Assembly (NCBI GenBank): GCA_040225955.1
Contig: JBECUL010000026.1
Location: 1-31,421, forward strand
Source: Candidatus Asgardarchaeum abyssi
GTDB taxonomy: Archaea; Asgardarchaeota; Asgardarchaeia; Asgardarchaeales; Asgardarchaeaceae
Reading direction: 5' to 3'
Length of the DNA stretch: 31,421 bases
This document shows, in pieces, positions 31,278 to 31,421 of this stretch (position 1 is its first letter; each line of letters begins with the position of its first letter). The notes below the pieces were generated by a model. That model was not told the DNA's origin and searched no databases. It worked only from the letters and a program-made list of their open reading frames with translations. The position numbers and the translations under genes were made by a program.

Positions 31278-31421
31278 TATTTTCTTAAATATTTCAAAAG
31301 CGCTCTTGAGAACATGCGCAAGCGTAGAAACAAGGTATATGTGCATCTTGGCCTGGTAGTAAATCCGGATATATGCGTGATTATTGCCGATTTTTTCATG
31401 AGAGTTAATTACGTAACATGG
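31278..31421 (+). other. Isolated coding fragment resembling a DHH-family phosphoesterase, probably foreign sequence at the contig end
   Basis: Open + frame YFLKYFKSALENMRKRRNKVYVHLGLVVNPDICVIIADFFMRVNYVTW, preceded by a stop; the HLG..V..PD....IADFF.RV..V.W pattern is recalled from bacterial DHH proteins. Confidence 0.45.

Noticed and set aside
31272-31421. 49-aa minus-strand open frame (PCYVINSHEK...FEIFKKIL*) as the end of an upstream gene
   Set aside because: No recognisable motif; the + strand frame over the same bases looks more like a known family. Not fully excluded.

Overview
AT-rich archaeal chromosomal segment with GGTG(A/G)/GGAGG-type SD sites and densely packed genes. An N-terminal longin-like domain (23957-26203) and the general gene content suggest an Asgard archaeon, possibly thermophilic; this is inference only. 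Content in order: partial carbamoyltransferase, HD hydrolase, helical-repeat protein + Upp, QW-repeat protein, 8xCBS protein, membrane protein + Cdc48, Sfm1-like SPOUT methyltransferase, SDR, DUF134, Lrp/AsnC regulator divergent from glnA, MFS and APC transporters, MacB/LolCDE-type ABC system, class I aminotransferase, PD-(D/E)XK nuclease, carboxylesterase, longin + helical protein, GT2, pseudokinase-TPR protein and a 5'-truncated PiT transporter. No rRNA, tRNA or CRISPR array was seen. Most notable: (i) a structured ~120-140 nt RNA-like element (17088-17227) directly upstream of the ABC permease, resembling an orphan HgcC/TnpB omega-RNA and holding an anti-SD loop with two mutually exclusive folds; (ii) a longin + alpha-helical protein close to a pseudokinase with ~20 TPRs; (iii) the last ~300 bp, which look like a chimeric assembly of unrelated fragments. 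All family calls come from motif recognition by eye, not from database searches.
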